The notes below the pieces were generated by a model. The model had not been told where the DNA came from and searched no databases. It saw nothing but the letters and a program-made list of their open reading frames with translations. Below are positions 38,712 through 39,824 of a DNA stretch of 39,824 nt, piece by piece. This DNA comes from Eubacteriales bacterium (GTDB lineage Bacteria > Bacillota > Clostridia > Oscillospirales > CAG-272). Position 1 is the stretch's first letter; each line of letters begins with the position of its first letter. The DNA lies in contig JAZNEM010000125.1 in assembly GCA_045588595.1 (NCBI GenBank), forward strand, positions 1 through 39,824, given 5' to 3'. The position numbers and the translations under genes were made by a program.

Positions 38712-38739
38712 AATGTAACTTTATAAAAGGAATATGCTT

Positions 38740-39654
38740 ATGTACGATATTATTATAATCGGTGCGGGTCCTGCCGGACTTACCGCTGCGCTTTACGCAT
38801 TGAGAGCTGACAAAAAGGTACTCGTTCTTGAAAAGGAGACTTTTGGCGGTCAGATAACCTTTTCTCCAAAGGTCGAAAATTATCCTACCTTGATGCAGGT
38901 AAGCGGAAACGACCTTGCTCAAATGCTTGTGGATCAGGTTATTACGCACGGTGCGGATATTGAGCTTGCAGAGGCTACCCGTATCGTTGATAACGGTGAG
39001 AAAAAGATAGTTATATGTGATTCGGGAGAGTTTGAGGGCAAGAGCGTTATTATTGCCGCAGGCTCGAAGCACAGACATCTGGGTCTGCCGAATGAAGAAG
39101 AGCTTATCGGTGAGGGCGTTTCTTATTGTGCAGTCTGTGACGGAGCATTTTATAGCGGTCAACGCGTTGCTATCGTTGGCGGAGGAAATACCGCGCTTCA
39201 AGAGGCGGTAATGCTCAGTGATATTTGTGAAAGCGTTACGGTCATACAGAATCTTTCCAAGCTTACTGGCGAGGGCAAATTGATCGCTGCCGTTGCTGAA
39301 AAAAGTAACGTTAACGTTATTTACAATACCGTTGTTTGCGGACTTATCGGTGATAAAAAACTTGAGGCTCTTGCTCTTAAAAATACCGAAAGCGGATATG
39401 AGACCACACTTGCTGTTGACGGCGTATTCGTTGCTATCGGTCAGCAACCCGAAAATGAGCCTTTTGCCGATGTAGCACCTATTAACCAAAACGGATATAT
39501 AGTTGCGAGCGAAAACTGCCTTACAAAAACTGCCGGTATTTTTGTTGCGGGAGATTGCCGTACCAAAGAGATACGTCAGGTCACCACCGCAACCGCGGAC
39601 GGCGCAGTCGCAGCTCTTGCCGCTTGCAGATATATCGAAGGGCTTTCAAAGTAA
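38740..39654 (+). CDS. trxB: Thioredoxin reductase-like flavoprotein
   Basis: IIGAGPAGLTAALY, GGQI, VENYP, GVSYCAVCDG, VGGGNTA, GVFVAIG, FVAGD and RQVTTATADG. Start is 38740 (AAGGA 8 nt upstream) or 38734. Confidence 0.9.
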   Translation: MYDIIIIGAGPAGLTAALYALRADKKVLVLEKETFGGQITFSPKVENYPTLMQVSGNDLAQMLVDQVITHGADIELAEATRIVDNGEKKIVICDSGEFEGKSVIIAAGSKHRHLGLPNEEELIGEGVSYCAVCDGAFYSGQRVAIVGGGNTALQEAVMLSDICESVTVIQNLSKLTGEGKLIAAVAEKSNVNVIYNTVVCGLIGDKKLEALALKNTESGYETTLAVDGVFVAIGQQPENEPFADVAPINQNGYIVASENCLTKTAGIFVAGDCRTKEIRQVTTATADGAVAALAACRYIEGLSK

Positions 39655-39683
39655 ATAAAGTACAAAAAAACAGATGTCAAATA

Positions 39684-39715
39684 CGAGACTTCTCATAAGG
39701 AAGTCTCGCAGTTTT
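39684..39715 (+). terminator. Terminator after trxB
   Basis: CGAGACTTC-TCATAAG-GAAGTCTCG followed by CAGTTTT. Confidence 0.65.
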
Positions 39716-39824
39716 ATTCGCCTGCGGCGAGATCTATTGCTTCGCAGTGATATTCGGCTTTCGCCGAGTGATATTTGCTTTGCAAGTTAAAGGGGCGAAT
39801 AAAATATCACTGAAGCCGTCAGGC
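39712..39824. repeat. Multi-hairpin palindromic (REP-like) element, truncated by the window edge
   Basis: Four tandem TATT-[GC hairpin]-AG units; TTTTATTCGC (39712-39721) is complementary to GCGAATAAAA (39795-39804). Confidence 0.6.

Noticed and set aside
38710-39489. 259-aa ORF antisense to trxB
   Set aside because: Shadow ORF opposite a well-conserved gene, with no recognisable motifs or convincing RBS.
39712-39824. Possible CRISPR array or tRNA
   Set aside because: The repeat units are too short, the variable parts are themselves hairpins, there are no cas genes, and tRNA T-loop and acceptor-stem features are absent.

Overview
A low-GC chromosomal segment from an anaerobic, probably spore-forming Clostridia-type Firmicute; polC, spoIIID, pdaA and a class III RNR are present. 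It is mostly core genome: tig-clpP-clpX; an apgM-like-lepB-rbgA-rnhB-yraN-thrC run; a patch of sporulation and cell-wall genes (spoIIID, spoIIM-like, pdaA plus a second deacetylase); and pyrH-frr-uppS-cdsA-dxr-rseP-ispG-polC. I saw no rRNA, tRNA, CRISPR array, transposase or phage gene. The most interesting part is the right end. It holds nrdG, a class III NrdD fused to a C-terminal CPNC glutaredoxin/NrdH-like domain (with an extra CxxxC in the linker), and a TrxB-like flavoprotein lacking the canonical HRR NADPH motif. The nrdD promoter is a perfect sigmaA match preceded by NrdR-box-like sites phased at 32 bp, and a multi-hairpin REP-like element follows, cut by the window edge. Other oddities are an ECF sigma factor with a ~380-aa C-terminal extension and an internal in-frame RBS/ATG, a CpsB-like PHP protein that has lost its metal ligands, and an orphan XRE-TPR regulator divergent from nrdG. 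All family calls come from recognising motifs by eye; no database search was run.
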